A model generated the notes under the pieces. The model was not told where the DNA came from. It searched no databases and was given only the letters and a program-made list of their open reading frames with translations. Shown here one piece after another: positions 30,981-40,268 of a stretch of 64,000 nt of DNA (position 1 is its first letter; each line of letters starts with the position of its first letter). The translations under genes were made by a program, and so were the position numbers. The stretch is from a virus, in IMG/VR virus record IMGVR_UViG_3300045988_066443; one strand, 5' to 3'.

Positions 30981-32493
30981 GAGAATATTCTTTCTTCAAG
31001 ATACCATCTTCAAAGACAGTCTCTAAGCATCCCTCTTTTTCCTCCTCGATTGAGACCTGGTCGGTAGCAGTATACTTCCCATCCAGACCTTTATAGACAG
31101 CAATCAAACCTTTCAAAGAGTTCTTAGTACCATCATCAGTTTTAGGATGTTTGAAGATTTCTTTCAACTCGCCATTTACTACGCAAGCAGTAGCCTTAAT
31201 AGCAAACCCAAGACTATCTCTACTTGCATACTGATAGGAATATGAACCTACTCCCAGAACGAGATTACAAGCCGCCATATGAGCGTTTTCTAATCTCAAG
31301 TAGATTTGCTTTTGACGTTCTAGAGTAATAGAATCTCCATAAAGCAGACCAACCTTAGTGCTAGGATAACGGTAATCCTTTGAAGTAGTATTCCATCCGA
31401 AGATTTTACCAAGCATATAATATGCCCCATAATATTGACCTTCGGACACTTCAACATACTCTGCATCGTCGTTAAACGGAGCATAGCAGCAATAATACTT
31501 ACCTTCTTTCATTCTGGTATTGAAGTGAGGATTAGTTCTCAACCCGCAGATTATATCTACTGGGTCTCCACTATCAGGACGGATTACTACTCTACCATCA
31601 CGAGCCATAATGTCTTTCTTCAGCTTGGGCAAGAAATTTTCAATTACATTCCAGAAATCCCAAGTATCAGATACAATAGAAACAAACCCAGAAGGATACA
31701 AATCATTAATTAGACGTTTGAAAGTGCCCAGCTCATCTTCCTCCCCTCCAGCACACATTACAGAGTGTTCTGTTGCTGGAACTGTAGCAGCAATCAATTC
31801 CTCGTCTGAATTAGCTCCATAATATTCTTCCAGGGCAGCAATAGCTGGAATAGTCTCACTTCCCACAAAAGAAGTCATATGCGCCATACCAGATATGATT
31901 GCAGCTTCCATTCCCGCCATACCTCGCATTGAGAAATCATGACAACAAAAACCAAGATTTACATCTGTTGGAAAACCAGTCTTGCAAGCATGACGATGTA
32001 GCTCTTTCTTATAAAGCCTAGCTCTAGTAGCAGATGTGCATGGCATCCACAAGGTACAGCTGATAATAGTCTCTAAGTAGTTAGTTAACCAAAAGAACTC
32101 GGGTAGGGTATTTGTAATGGTCATCATGGGAACCCGAATAGGGCACACAGAACCTTCAGGAAGAGCCTTTATGCGAATTGGTAGATACCCAAGGTCATAT
32201 AAAGCTTCAATATGTCTGTACCCAACGGATTCAATACCAACAAAGTTGTTTACTCTACGATAGAACATCTCCACAGCTTCCTTCTTTGGTAAATTAAAGA
32301 AGTTTTTCTCAAACTGTTTAATGAGATATTCTTTGATTAGGTATTGAATACCAAATACTACTGAACCTTCGGTTGCTTCTGGGAAGTATTTATTACTTCT
32401 AGGAGTCCAGTTACTATAAACTTGTTCAGTACCTTCGGGGTACATTCTGTGATGGCCCAATTTGTAACCATCTGTAGCATTAATTATTTCCAT
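30943..32493 (-). CDS. nadV: nicotinamide phosphoribosyltransferase (NAMPT/NadV)
   Basis: 516 aa; SDTWDFWN and VIRPDSGDPVD match the NAMPT SDSYDIYN / IIRPDSGNPLD signature; conserved C-terminal ...EYSLEEIRQR. Confidence 0.85.
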   Translation of the reverse strand: MEIINATDGYKLGHHRMYPEGTEQVYSNWTPRSNKYFPEATEGSVVFGIQYLIKEYLIKQFEKNFFNLPKKEAVEMFYRRVNNFVGIESVGYRHIEALYDLGYLPIRIKALPEGSVCPIRVPMMTITNTLPEFFWLTNYLETIISCTLWMPCTSATRARLYKKELHRHACKTGFPTDVNLGFCCHDFSMRGMAGMEAAIISGMAHMTSFVGSETIPAIAALEEYYGANSDEELIAATVPATEHSVMCAGGEEDELGTFKRLINDLYPSGFVSIVSDTWDFWNVIENFLPKLKKDIMARDGRVVIRPDSGDPVDIICGLRTNPHFNTRMKEGKYYCCYAPFNDDAEYVEVSEGQYYGAYYMLGKIFGWNTTSKDYRYPSTKVGLLYGDSITLERQKQIYLRLENAHMAACNLVLGVGSYSYQYASRDSLGFAIKATACVVNGELKEIFKHPKTDDGTKNSLKGLIAVYKGLDGKYTATDQVSIEEEKEGCLETVFEDGILKKEYSLEEIRQRIDRGL

Positions 32494-33308
32494 TCTAATT
32501 TTTTGTTAAAAGTTATTTCTTTTACTTCTTCAGTTTCGAGTTTTCCACCTTTGATAAAGTATTGGTGAATAAGAGTATTAATTGTTCTTGCTCCAAGAGT
32601 ATTATTGCGAAAAGAGCTTTCAAGATACCCTTTCAAATCACTAATGACTTGTTCTCTATTCACATTAAAGAATAAGTCAAGATAATTCTGTAACAAGTCT
32701 GAACACTCCAAGATAGAATACAAATCCTCTAGAGTGAGAGGTTTAGTATTGTAGATTAATCCTACTCTTCCAAGAAACTCTGTTTTAACTCCAAAGTCTC
32801 TTAGTCTATCTAATGTAATGTGAGGCTCATTATTGAACGCTCCGGCAAACACAAATAGTACATTATCAATAGGGACTGATATGTACTTCCCATAATCGCC
32901 AAAAACACTAGTAGTATCAGACTCTAAAAGTTTGAGAAACTCGTTCTGTACACTGGCAGTAGATTCATTAGCTAGTTGGCTATTAGTGTTTCCGTTGATG
33001 AAAAGTTTATCAAACTCGTCTACGAAGACTACGATAGGTGTGTGACTATAGTTAACAAGCGGAGATAGAATTTTGCTTAAACTATTTCCAGAAATACCCT
33101 CTTTAGTTATTTGAGCTGCATTAACTTCTAGAAAGTTAAGTTCATTCATATCACATAACTGTTTAATAGTAAAGCTCTTACCAGACCCACTCTCACCTGT
33201 AAGAATAAAGTGCGGTCTTATCTTGCAATTACTATTTACAAATACCTGAAATATTCTATTAACTTCCTTAATTAACTTGTCTTGCCCTATTATCTTACTC
33301 ATAGTCAA
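32484..33308 (-). CDS. AAA+ ATPase
   Basis: Walker A ILTGESGSGKSFT; Walker B VVFVDEFDKL. Confidence 0.6.
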   Translation of the reverse strand: MTMSKIIGQDKLIKEVNRIFQVFVNSNCKIRPHFILTGESGSGKSFTIKQLCDMNELNFLEVNAAQITKEGISGNSLSKILSPLVNYSHTPIVVFVDEFDKLFINGNTNSQLANESTASVQNEFLKLLESDTTSVFGDYGKYISVPIDNVLFVFAGAFNNEPHITLDRLRDFGVKTEFLGRVGLIYNTKPLTLEDLYSILECSDLLQNYLDLFFNVNREQVISDLKGYLESSFRNNTLGARTINTLIHQYFIKGGKLETEEVKEITFNKKLEWK

Positions 33309-33807
33309 TTTTCAATAAATATTTAATATTACCTCCGGCACTCAAATGCCTAAAGCATTTAGTTACGAAGTCCTTGGTTTCGGGGTGTATAGCTCTAGGT
33401 GAACTTAGAAATTTAATCCACCAGTTGTACTCACTCCCATAGGTAAAATCTTTATTATAGGTTCTCCCAGCAGCCAGATAATCACAGACTAATTCCAAAG
33501 CATATTTTCTTGGCATTTTCGCTGGAACTCCTCCTTCATCTAAACTATGAACCCAATATTCATAGTGATGTGGATTTCTTCCTCGATGATGTAGGAAGGT
33601 TTCAGAATATCCGTGTATGTTTTTCTCATTAGCTAGAGGACTAATAGCATCGTCCCAGTACTTTATTGACCTACTAAATTCAGTATAGCTAAACTTAGAC
33701 CAGTCATGTACTATTCCCTGCCAATAAAGACCTAACTGGAAACAATAGTGTGCTACCCAGTATTTATGCTTAATAATCCTAATTAGATGTTTAAATATTC
33801 GTGTCAT
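33295..33807 (-). CDS. hypothetical His/Trp-rich protein (170 aa)
   Basis: ORF. Confidence 0.4.
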   Translation of the reverse strand: MTRIFKHLIRIIKHKYWVAHYCFQLGLYWQGIVHDWSKFSYTEFSRSIKYWDDAISPLANEKNIHGYSETFLHHRGRNPHHYEYWVHSLDEGGVPAKMPRKYALELVCDYLAAGRTYNKDFTYGSEYNWWIKFLSSPRAIHPETKDFVTKCFRHLSAGGNIKYLLKIDYE

Positions 33808-34105
33808 GTATTGAGTTTGATAAAAACTTAATAAAAGAAACGTCTACCTCGTAATATTTATCGCCGAGAAACTTAAGCATATATATAATCCAGCTTACTA
33901 TAGAAAGCGAGACAGCTACAGGAGGAAGACATAGGCTCACTAGGGCTATAACTACAGCCCAACCAGGCACAGATATTCTTCTCCACCTTCTCCACCTTCC
34001 AGAACCTAAATAATCTAGTTCATAGGTATGATAAAGTGTATAGTATAGGAGCGCATAGAGCACAACTCCTATACAATCACTTATCAACATAATCTTTACG
34101 TCCAT
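33791..34105 (-). CDS. small multi-TM membrane protein (104 aa)
   Basis: three hydrophobic segments. Confidence 0.35.
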   Translation of the reverse strand: MDVKIMLISDCIGVVLYALLYYTLYHTYELDYLGSGRWRRWRRISVPGWAVVIALVSLCLPPVAVSLSIVSWIIYMLKFLGDKYYEVDVSFIKFLSNSIHDTNI

Positions 34106-34370
34106 ACTTAATTAGTATTTCTGGACCACAGAATAATGTATTCCCTATATCCCTTACCATTATACCATAATAAGACATTATCCTCTGTAATATCTACATA
34201 TGGGTCGTAATAAATAAAGGCGATTATCAAGACTATTGCTAGTATAATAGCTAACATAGATTATCGAGTTTTAACGGAACCAGGTCTAGTGGTTGCAGCT
34301 TGGAAATCTTTTCCCTGCTTATCCCACCATGCCTGTTTATCCTTTAACCATTTTACTTTTTTCTTGTATT

Positions 34371-35387
34371 TCATTGTTCTGTTACGATTACGATTCTGTT
34401 AAATTCTCTATCTCCAAACTCAGTAGTGCTTCCGCAGCCTTTAACTATAAGCTTATCCTCTGGAGCGCCATAACTGATAAGGGCCTTCTTCATAGATTCT
34501 GCTCTAGCTACAGCTAAGTTGTCATTAAAATCTACTGGACCTTCTTCAGAAGCATATCCCTCAATCATATATGACTTACCACTATTTGAAATATAAGCTG
34601 CTAACTCCGATACTGCAACATTAGAAGTTGTAGAGATTTCAGAAGAGTTCTGTAAAAACTGAATTTTAGGTGTAAGAAGTTCTACCTTAGTAACTACTAT
34701 AGTATCAGTCTTAATTATTTCTACTGGTTTACGAGATTCCAATTCGCTATTCTTAGCCCTCAACTCGTTAATGGCAGCATTAAGACTTTCTACTTCAGCG
34801 TCACTATATAGTTTCATCATAGGAAAGTTTCCTTTATTAGACTTAAATCGGTAAGTAGCTCCTACATAAACATTTACTTCATGATTTAGAGGAGTAGTCT
34901 TTGGAAGTAGCATATACTCTGGAGTAACATTTAGTGCCCAACTATCAGTAATATTAAAGTTGCATCTAATTGCACCTCTTGCAGATACATTATTATAAAC
35001 ATCACCATAAGTATGATACCAACCAGCACCTATCAGTAATACAGGCTCAAATAAACGTCTAGAGCCTTCGTATCCACAAATAAGATTAGTTAGATTAGTA
35101 GTTACATTAGCTGTAAGGTTATGGGAATCGAAGAACGTTTTACTGCCTTGATTCATACCTGCCATCATATCTAACTCTAGTCCGAAGATAGGAGTAATTT
35201 CTTTACCCACCGCAATATTTACTAATACATCATGAGGTTCAGCCCAACTTCTTGAGTTGTCCCAAATTGTAGTACCCACATTACCAGAAACATACCAGTT
35301 ATCTTTCAAACTTCCAGTTTCAACAACTTGTGCGCTAGCAAACACGCACATTAAACACAAACAAATAATACTAAAAATTTTCTTCAT
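34371..35387 (-). CDS. OmpA-family outer-membrane protein
   Basis: signal peptide MKKIFSIICLCLMCVFASAQ; C-terminal OmpA-like domain ...YMIEGYASEEGPVDFNDNLAVARAESMKKALISYG. Confidence 0.7.
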   Translation of the reverse strand: MKKIFSIICLCLMCVFASAQVVETGSLKDNWYVSGNVGTTIWDNSRSWAEPHDVLVNIAVGKEITPIFGLELDMMAGMNQGSKTFFDSHNLTANVTTNLTNLICGYEGSRRLFEPVLLIGAGWYHTYGDVYNNVSARGAIRCNFNITDSWALNVTPEYMLLPKTTPLNHEVNVYVGATYRFKSNKGNFPMMKLYSDAEVESLNAAINELRAKNSELESRKPVEIIKTDTIVVTKVELLTPKIQFLQNSSEISTTSNVAVSELAAYISNSGKSYMIEGYASEEGPVDFNDNLAVARAESMKKALISYGAPEDKLIVKGCGSTTEFGDREFNRIVIVTEQ

Positions 35388-35403
35388 AATTCTATTAATT
35401 AAA

Positions 35404-35838
35404 TTAATCCCACCAAGACCTCATACGTTCAAACTTTAGTTTGTTGTATAAGTACCAGGCTTTTTCTCTTCTCAGATAATCTTTAAGGATTGGGGTATTC
35501 CAATCGAGATCAGCAGCCTTAGGGTGGAATCGATTCCAATTTTTAGTATTTATGTGTCTATCTACAAATCCCTTTGACCCAGGTCTAAAGTCATGGTGAT
35601 ACGCAGAATCTATTTCTAGCACAATATCTAATAGCTTTAGTGCTAGATTTAGCTCTTTTTCGACACGTTCATTGCCTTCCGCAATTCTAGATACCTTAAA
35701 GTATTCATACATTCTAATTAGGGCTTGTTTCTCTAAAGAGAGAACAAATCCATAATCGAATGGATAAAACTTCATAGCTTCTTTGATAAGTTTCTTATTC
35801 TTATTCTTTCTTAGTTTCATATTCCTGACTTGCTTCAA
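35404..35838 (-). CDS. hypothetical basic protein (144 aa)
   Basis: ORF. Confidence 0.35.
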   Translation of the reverse strand: MKQVRNMKLRKNKNKKLIKEAMKFYPFDYGFVLSLEKQALIRMYEYFKVSRIAEGNERVEKELNLALKLLDIVLEIDSAYHHDFRPGSKGFVDRHINTKNWNRFHPKAADLDWNTPILKDYLRREKAWYLYNKLKFERMRSWWD

Positions 35839-36244
35839 CTGCTAATTTATCTGCGAGATTATTCATCTGAGAAAAGAAGTCTGAACTTGAAGTATGTCCT
35901 TTCACCCAACAAAAATCTATATTAGGACAAAATTGCTTTGCCTTATTTAAGACCTTGTCGTATAAATTCCATAACTCTACATTCTTCTTTCTTTTCCATC
36001 CTTTAGTAGCACATCCTATGACGTACTGAGAATCTGAGTAAATAGTCAGAGATTCGATTTTACGACTTACTGCATTTAGAGCATAAATTACTGCTAACAA
36101 CTCACATTTATTATTAGTAGTATTAGGAATCATCTTACTAAATTCATAGGCTTTTTCCCCATCAATTACGAATACAACTCCTACTCCTCCTGTGTCTCTA
36201 GACGAGCTAAAAGCTCCATCAGTGAACACTTCTAGCCTGCTCAT
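35801..36244 (-). CDS. rnhA: ribonuclease H
   Basis: VFTDGAF...GGVGVV, CELLAVIYAL, IYSDSQYVI, WVKGH...NLADKLA (RNase HI DEDD catalytic layout). Confidence 0.75.
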   Translation of the reverse strand: MSRLEVFTDGAFSSSRDTGGVGVVFVIDGEKAYEFSKMIPNTTNNKCELLAVIYALNAVSRKIESLTIYSDSQYVIGCATKGWKRKKNVELWNLYDKVLNKAKQFCPNIDFCWVKGHTSSSDFFSQMNNLADKLAVEASQEYETKKE

Positions 36245-36632
36245 CAGCAGTATTTACTCTCATGTTAGTTCCGAGTAATATTGCTATCTTTAGCAAATCG
36301 TCTTGATTGTCACAAAATATATTATCTAAAATATAGTTTGCGTAATCAACAATTCTAACTCTCTTTCCTATAGCACCATATTTTTCGTTAAGCCATTTAA
36401 GCTGAGGAGCAAAATCTTCTAGGTCGTCTCCTAAATGCCGTAAAGCCTTCCTAATAGGAACAGGAAACCACATTTTCTCCTTTATCCAGTCTAAATGACA
36501 ATAACCAAACGCAAATGCTCTACTTAAATCCTTCTGAATAAACTCGTCTAACTCGAAATTTCTCTCATGCCTACCAGCTTCCTCGAAATCATCTTTCAAA
36601 TCCTCACAAAAAATCTGATTAAATTCAATCAT
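36219..36632 (-). CDS. hypothetical protein (137 aa)
   Basis: ORF. Confidence 0.35.
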   Translation of the reverse strand: MIEFNQIFCEDLKDDFEEAGRHERNFELDEFIQKDLSRAFAFGYCHLDWIKEKMWFPVPIRKALRHLGDDLEDFAPQLKWLNEKYGAIGKRVRIVDYANYILDNIFCDNQDDLLKIAILLGTNMRVNTADEQARSVH

Positions 36633-37023
36633 AACTCCAAGTTTCTAGGCAAGCTATAAGTTCCAGCATCCCATATCTGCAAATAACCTTGAATGGTCCA
36701 GTAGCTATAGAAAGATAAGGACTTTTGTTGTCATTGTACAGCTTCATTACTTCTCTTAGTAGTATACTAGCATTTCTGGATAGTTCGTAAAGAGTGGGAA
36801 CTCTGTGTTCGTTCGGACCTACATACATTTTCCATGTACTTTTGCCTATACAGCGACCCTCGTCATCATACTCTCTATGACTCTTGTTCCACTGCATATA
36901 CTCCAGAACCTTATCAAAATCAAAGTTCTCCATAATGCTTTTGTATTGTTCCTCCAATGGAGGACAATCATCCCTTGTCAGGACTGTTCTCTTTGTTTTG
37001 CTCATTTTTGTAACAATTAACAA
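36625..37023 (-). CDS. hypothetical protein (132 aa)
   Basis: ORF. Confidence 0.35.
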   Translation of the reverse strand: MLIVTKMSKTKRTVLTRDDCPPLEEQYKSIMENFDFDKVLEYMQWNKSHREYDDEGRCIGKSTWKMYVGPNEHRVPTLYELSRNASILLREVMKLYNDNKSPYLSIATGPFKVICRYGMLELIACLETWSYD

Positions 37024-37309
37024 GATTCTGTAAGTTGGACAACTTATCAGTTCTTACACTGACCAGTAGCCCACCCTTACGTAAGTTGTAACTAAGTTTA
37101 ATTCCGCAATGATTTAGAATTTCGATAAACTCTCTCAATGCGCTTCCCTTTAACACATTTCTGTAGACTAGTTTCTGACCATCTTGATATCCTGCTCGAT
37201 AGTATTCATTCGCAACATCAGAAATAAGCCATCGCTTAATAGGAGATACCCTACTTAAGAGTTCATTGACTCTGGTTGCGATAAAATCCATATTACTGAA
37301 TACTATCAA
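36968..37309 (-). CDS. hypothetical protein (113 aa)
   Basis: ORF. Confidence 0.35.
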   Translation of the reverse strand: MIVFSNMDFIATRVNELLSRVSPIKRWLISDVANEYYRAGYQDGQKLVYRNVLKGSALREFIEILNHCGIKLSYNLRKGGLLVSVRTDKLSNLQNLVNCYKNEQNKENSPDKG

Positions 37310-37466
37310 TTACAAGACTATCCACACCTAGAGTGTCTACACTCATTGTGTCAGCAACTTCTTTAACGATTGCGATAGAATCGTTTTCTGGAGCCTGAGT
37401 TTTTGTATTACCTGCACAAGCAGACATCAGTGCAACCATTCCGAAAAGCAATAGTACTTTCTTCAT
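37293..37466 (-). CDS. small lipoprotein (57 aa)
   Basis: manual translation MKKVLLLFGMVALMSACAGNTKTQAPENDS...; lipobox-like LMSAC; below the ORF-track length cutoff. Confidence 0.35.
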   Translation of the reverse strand: MKKVLLLFGMVALMSACAGNTKTQAPENDSIAIVKEVADTMSVDTLGVDSLVIDSIQ

Positions 37467-37940
37467 TTTTCTTAATTTAAATTAGTTAATAATCATTTTA
37501 TCTATCAAAAAAAAGAGTGGTTCCAGTATCTGTGCTTCACCAGATACTTTCCCCACTCCTATCACTCCGAAGAGCTTGTACCATTATTAGGTTGGTCAAC
37601 CTCCCTCTTCATCTTGTTGAGAATTTGGGATAATAGTCACCAAGTTTAAAGATTACTTGTAACTGAAGCAAAAGGCTAGAATCCCGAAGGGATTCCGTAA
37701 CTCCTTCAACACGTGGTTGACGAGCTATGTAGGAAGCTAACGCGCAGGCAAAGATGAAGCCGTAGTCAAAGACCTAGCTACACTAACAAAGACTAAGACA
37801 AAGACTCTCAATTAGAGAGTAGGTTGTAAATTTTTGTGTAGCCAGCGAATAAAGATTAAATCCATGCGGATTTAAGAATATACTGTTCATAATTATTCCT
37901 GTTAAGTATGTTATGTTAGCTTCCTACGGAAGTCCTCTAA

Positions 37941-38852
37941 TTACTTAGAGGAAGAGTCGCCTTGTCTCCTAATCTCTTCGAAAATATCTAAAAGATTCTT
38001 AGGCAAAGCGATTTTTAGTTTGGAAATACGTTCCATTTCAGAAGTTTTCCAACTATTGAAACGACTTCTCAACTCTCCTAATTCGGAGGTATATTTGTCG
38101 TATTTTGCTTTAAATTCAGCCATTTTCTCACGATACTCTTGTTCTTGAGTGTTAGAAAGTTTATTAACCTCCTCCTTAAGCTCAGCTTTAAGAGCATTTA
38201 ACTCCTTCTCGTAAGAACGATAGGTGTCTTGAAGAGACATGAACATATTGTCCACTTTTTCTACTTCGATGGTAGGGTCTTGGTAGTAGAGAATTAAATC
38301 TCTTCCAGAGCCTTCCTTATAGATAGGACAATTCTCAGCTGCATGAACTTCTTTTCGTGCTTTACTAAAGGCTCCTTTTGGATGAATATACTTTCCATAG
38401 GTAGAAGCAAACGCCTCTAATCTTAGGAATTTATTTCTCTTGTTAATATCCCACGACTTTATGATAGTCTCTTCAGTCGGAGAAGGTAGAGCTTCTGGAT
38501 ACTTAGGCTGCTCTGGCAGTCCTATTCCCTGACTTTCTGCCCAATCATCAAGCATAGTAGCAGATACTTTGCCAATCATTCCTTCTTTCTCTTTAATAGC
38601 TTCTCGTACCCAAGCACAAAAACTATTCATGGCAGCGACCTTTTCCAAATCATCTTTTATAAAGTCAAGGGACTTTTGTCCTACTGTCATTAACTGCTTT
38701 TCTCCTCCACCGATAGAGGCTACAGATACTTGAAAGAATTTCACATTATTCAAGCGTTCCTGTGCTGCTTGAATCATTTCTTGTGCGATGTTCGCATAGA
38801 AGTTTGCTGACGTAGAAGTCAACCCTTCATTTCCAAAAAATACACTGTTCAT
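37941..38852 (-). CDS. hypothetical coiled-coil protein (303 aa)
   Basis: ORF; by the line numbering the ATG falls at 38851-38853, so coordinates here may be off by 1. Confidence 0.45.
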   Translation of the reverse strand: MNSVFFGNEGLTSTSANFYANIAQEMIQAAQERLNNVKFFQVSVASIGGGEKQLMTVGQKSLDFIKDDLEKVAAMNSFCAWVREAIKEKEGMIGKVSATMLDDWAESQGIGLPEQPKYPEALPSPTEETIIKSWDINKRNKFLRLEAFASTYGKYIHPKGAFSKARKEVHAAENCPIYKEGSGRDLILYYQDPTIEVEKVDNMFMSLQDTYRSYEKELNALKAELKEEVNKLSNTQEQEYREKMAEFKAKYDKYTSELGELRSRFNSWKTSEMERISKLKIALPKNLLDIFEEIRRQGDSSSK

Positions 38853-38854
38853 AT

Positions 38855-39024
38855 TAGTTACGTTTTGTTAGTTTATCCACAACATTAATTATTGATTCTT
38901 CTCCTGCTATAAATCCATCACGATGAACATTTCTAAGTAAACTCTTCAGAGATTCTAATTCTTCATCTGACTTTAGAGTATTTTTTCTATATATTTCAAT
39001 AAGTTCTTCTATATATCTTTCCAT
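38855..39024 (-). CDS. hypothetical small protein (about 56 aa)
   Basis: manual translation MERYIEELIEIYRKNTLKSDEELESLKSLL...; TAA stop sits 1-2 nt before the next ATG. Confidence 0.3.
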
Positions 39025-39043
39025 ATTATTGATATTAAATTAG

Positions 39044-39055
39044 TACCCGAAGTGG
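39044..39055 (-). repeat. 12-nt duplicate of the tRNA-Leu(TAA) 3' acceptor strand (tacccgaagtgg)
   Basis: identical to 39783-39794; lies just past the stop of the GIY-YIG gene. Confidence 0.6.
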
Positions 39056-39057
39056 CA

Positions 39058-39694
39058 TTACTCTGGAAGTATGCCGTACTTCCATATGTAGCCATAAGCA
39101 TGGGTTATTTTATGATTGCAACAATCGGTGATATGTCTTTTGCAATTAACAGTTTTTGCTAGACCATTATCTACAAGCCATTGAGCTGCTTCTTCTCTTC
39201 CCCAGAAGTGCTATATATAATTGCCAGCCATATCAAATTGATCAATTTTCTTAGCAGACCCACCTCTGATTTTAATGTCATGAGCTTTCAATACTTTTCT
39301 TACAGTATCATCACTACATCCCACTTTCTCCGCAACTTTTTTTGCAAGTATATCCCATATTGTACAGTTCGATTATCTCTTGATAATCGTATAACTATGT
39401 TCCGTCACCACCCTTAGTAGCATTATAGCCTTTGGAGCCATAAGTTTCCAACTCTTTTATCCAATATACCTCTCTTTCTGAAAGTATGTTTTCGTCCTTT
39501 ACATATTCTAATTCCTCTACTATAAAGTTTTCAACTCCATATTTATTCATAGCATCATATAATGGACGTTTTTCACATCTTTCTTTTCGAGAATCCTTGC
39601 AGTGTTCCTAAAATCTTTCCTATATAGTAAAGAGGGTTTTACCAACGTATCTTTTATTGTTAATAATATTTGTAATGCAATAGATATATCCCAT
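39058..39694 (-). CDS. GIY-YIG homing endonuclease; intact only if 4 in-frame TAG codons are sense and one frame correction is made at an A7 run
   Basis: minus-strand translation MGYIYCITNIINNKRYVGKTLFTI[TAG]ERF[TAG]EHCKDSRKERCEKRPLYDAMNKYGVENFIVEELEYVKDENILSEREVYWIKELETYGSKGYNATKGGDGT[TAG]LYDYQEIIELYNMGYTCKK / frame change at aaaaaaa / VAEKVGCSDDTVRKVLKAHDIKIRGGSAKKIDQFDMAGNYI[TAG]HFWGREEAAQWLVDNGLAKTVNCKRHITDCCNHKITHAYGYIWKYGILPE*; no TAA/TGA internally. Confidence 0.5.
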
Positions 39695-39782
39695 ATCATA
39701 GACTATTTATAACATTATTAATAATTGATTGAATTAGCTTTACCCAAAACACACCACGTGGAGGTTTCAATCTTGTGTTTCT

Positions 39783-39867
39783 ACCCGAAGTGGGACTCGA
39801 ACCCACACGCCCATTACTGGGCATCAGAGCTTAAATCTGACGTGTCTACCAATTCCACCATTCGGGC
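39783..39867 (-). tRNA. tRNA-Leu (anticodon TAA), type II
   Basis: GCCCGAATGGTGGAATTGGTAGACACGTCAGATTTAAGCTCTGATG...GGGTTCGAGTCCCACTTCGGGTA; anticodon loop TTTAAGC; long variable arm. Confidence 0.8.
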
Positions 39868-39953
39868 ATAGTAATTAGCTATACTCACGTACCGCTAATC
39901 AACTTACTATAATAACAGTACAAGTGTTAAATTCAAAGTTAAAAACCGTTAAC

Positions 39954-40268
39954 TTATTTAAACTGCAAACAAATGTTAATAAATTTATCGACATCAGTTC
40001 CGCAATCTACATAATTCGGAGTGTTAGCTTCGAAGTATTTGAGAACAGCCTCTGTTCCAAAAAGTCCTATCTCTTCGAAATCATACCCCTCACCGTGAAT
40101 ATCCGATGTAGGCATATTTGGTCTGAATACTAACCAGGCTGTACCAGGAAATTCACAACACGTACAAACAGTCAATCCACTTTCCCTTAGTTTATCTAAG
40201 ATTTGTGGACTAACTGTTTTCAATACGACACAATTATCCGAGTTCTGCAAGTCGTTGTCTGATTTCAT
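39954..40268 (-). CDS. hypothetical protein (104 aa)
   Basis: ORF. Confidence 0.35.
   Translation of the reverse strand: MKSDNDLQNSDNCVVLKTVSPQILDKLRESGLTVCTCCEFPGTAWLVFRPNMPTSDIHGEGYDFEEIGLFGTEAVLKYFEANTPNYVDCGTDVDKFINICLQFK

Noticed and set aside
39181-39417. plus-strand ORF of 78 aa
   Set aside because: Antisense to the GIY-YIG endonuclease gene, which has a much stronger homology-based reading on the minus strand.
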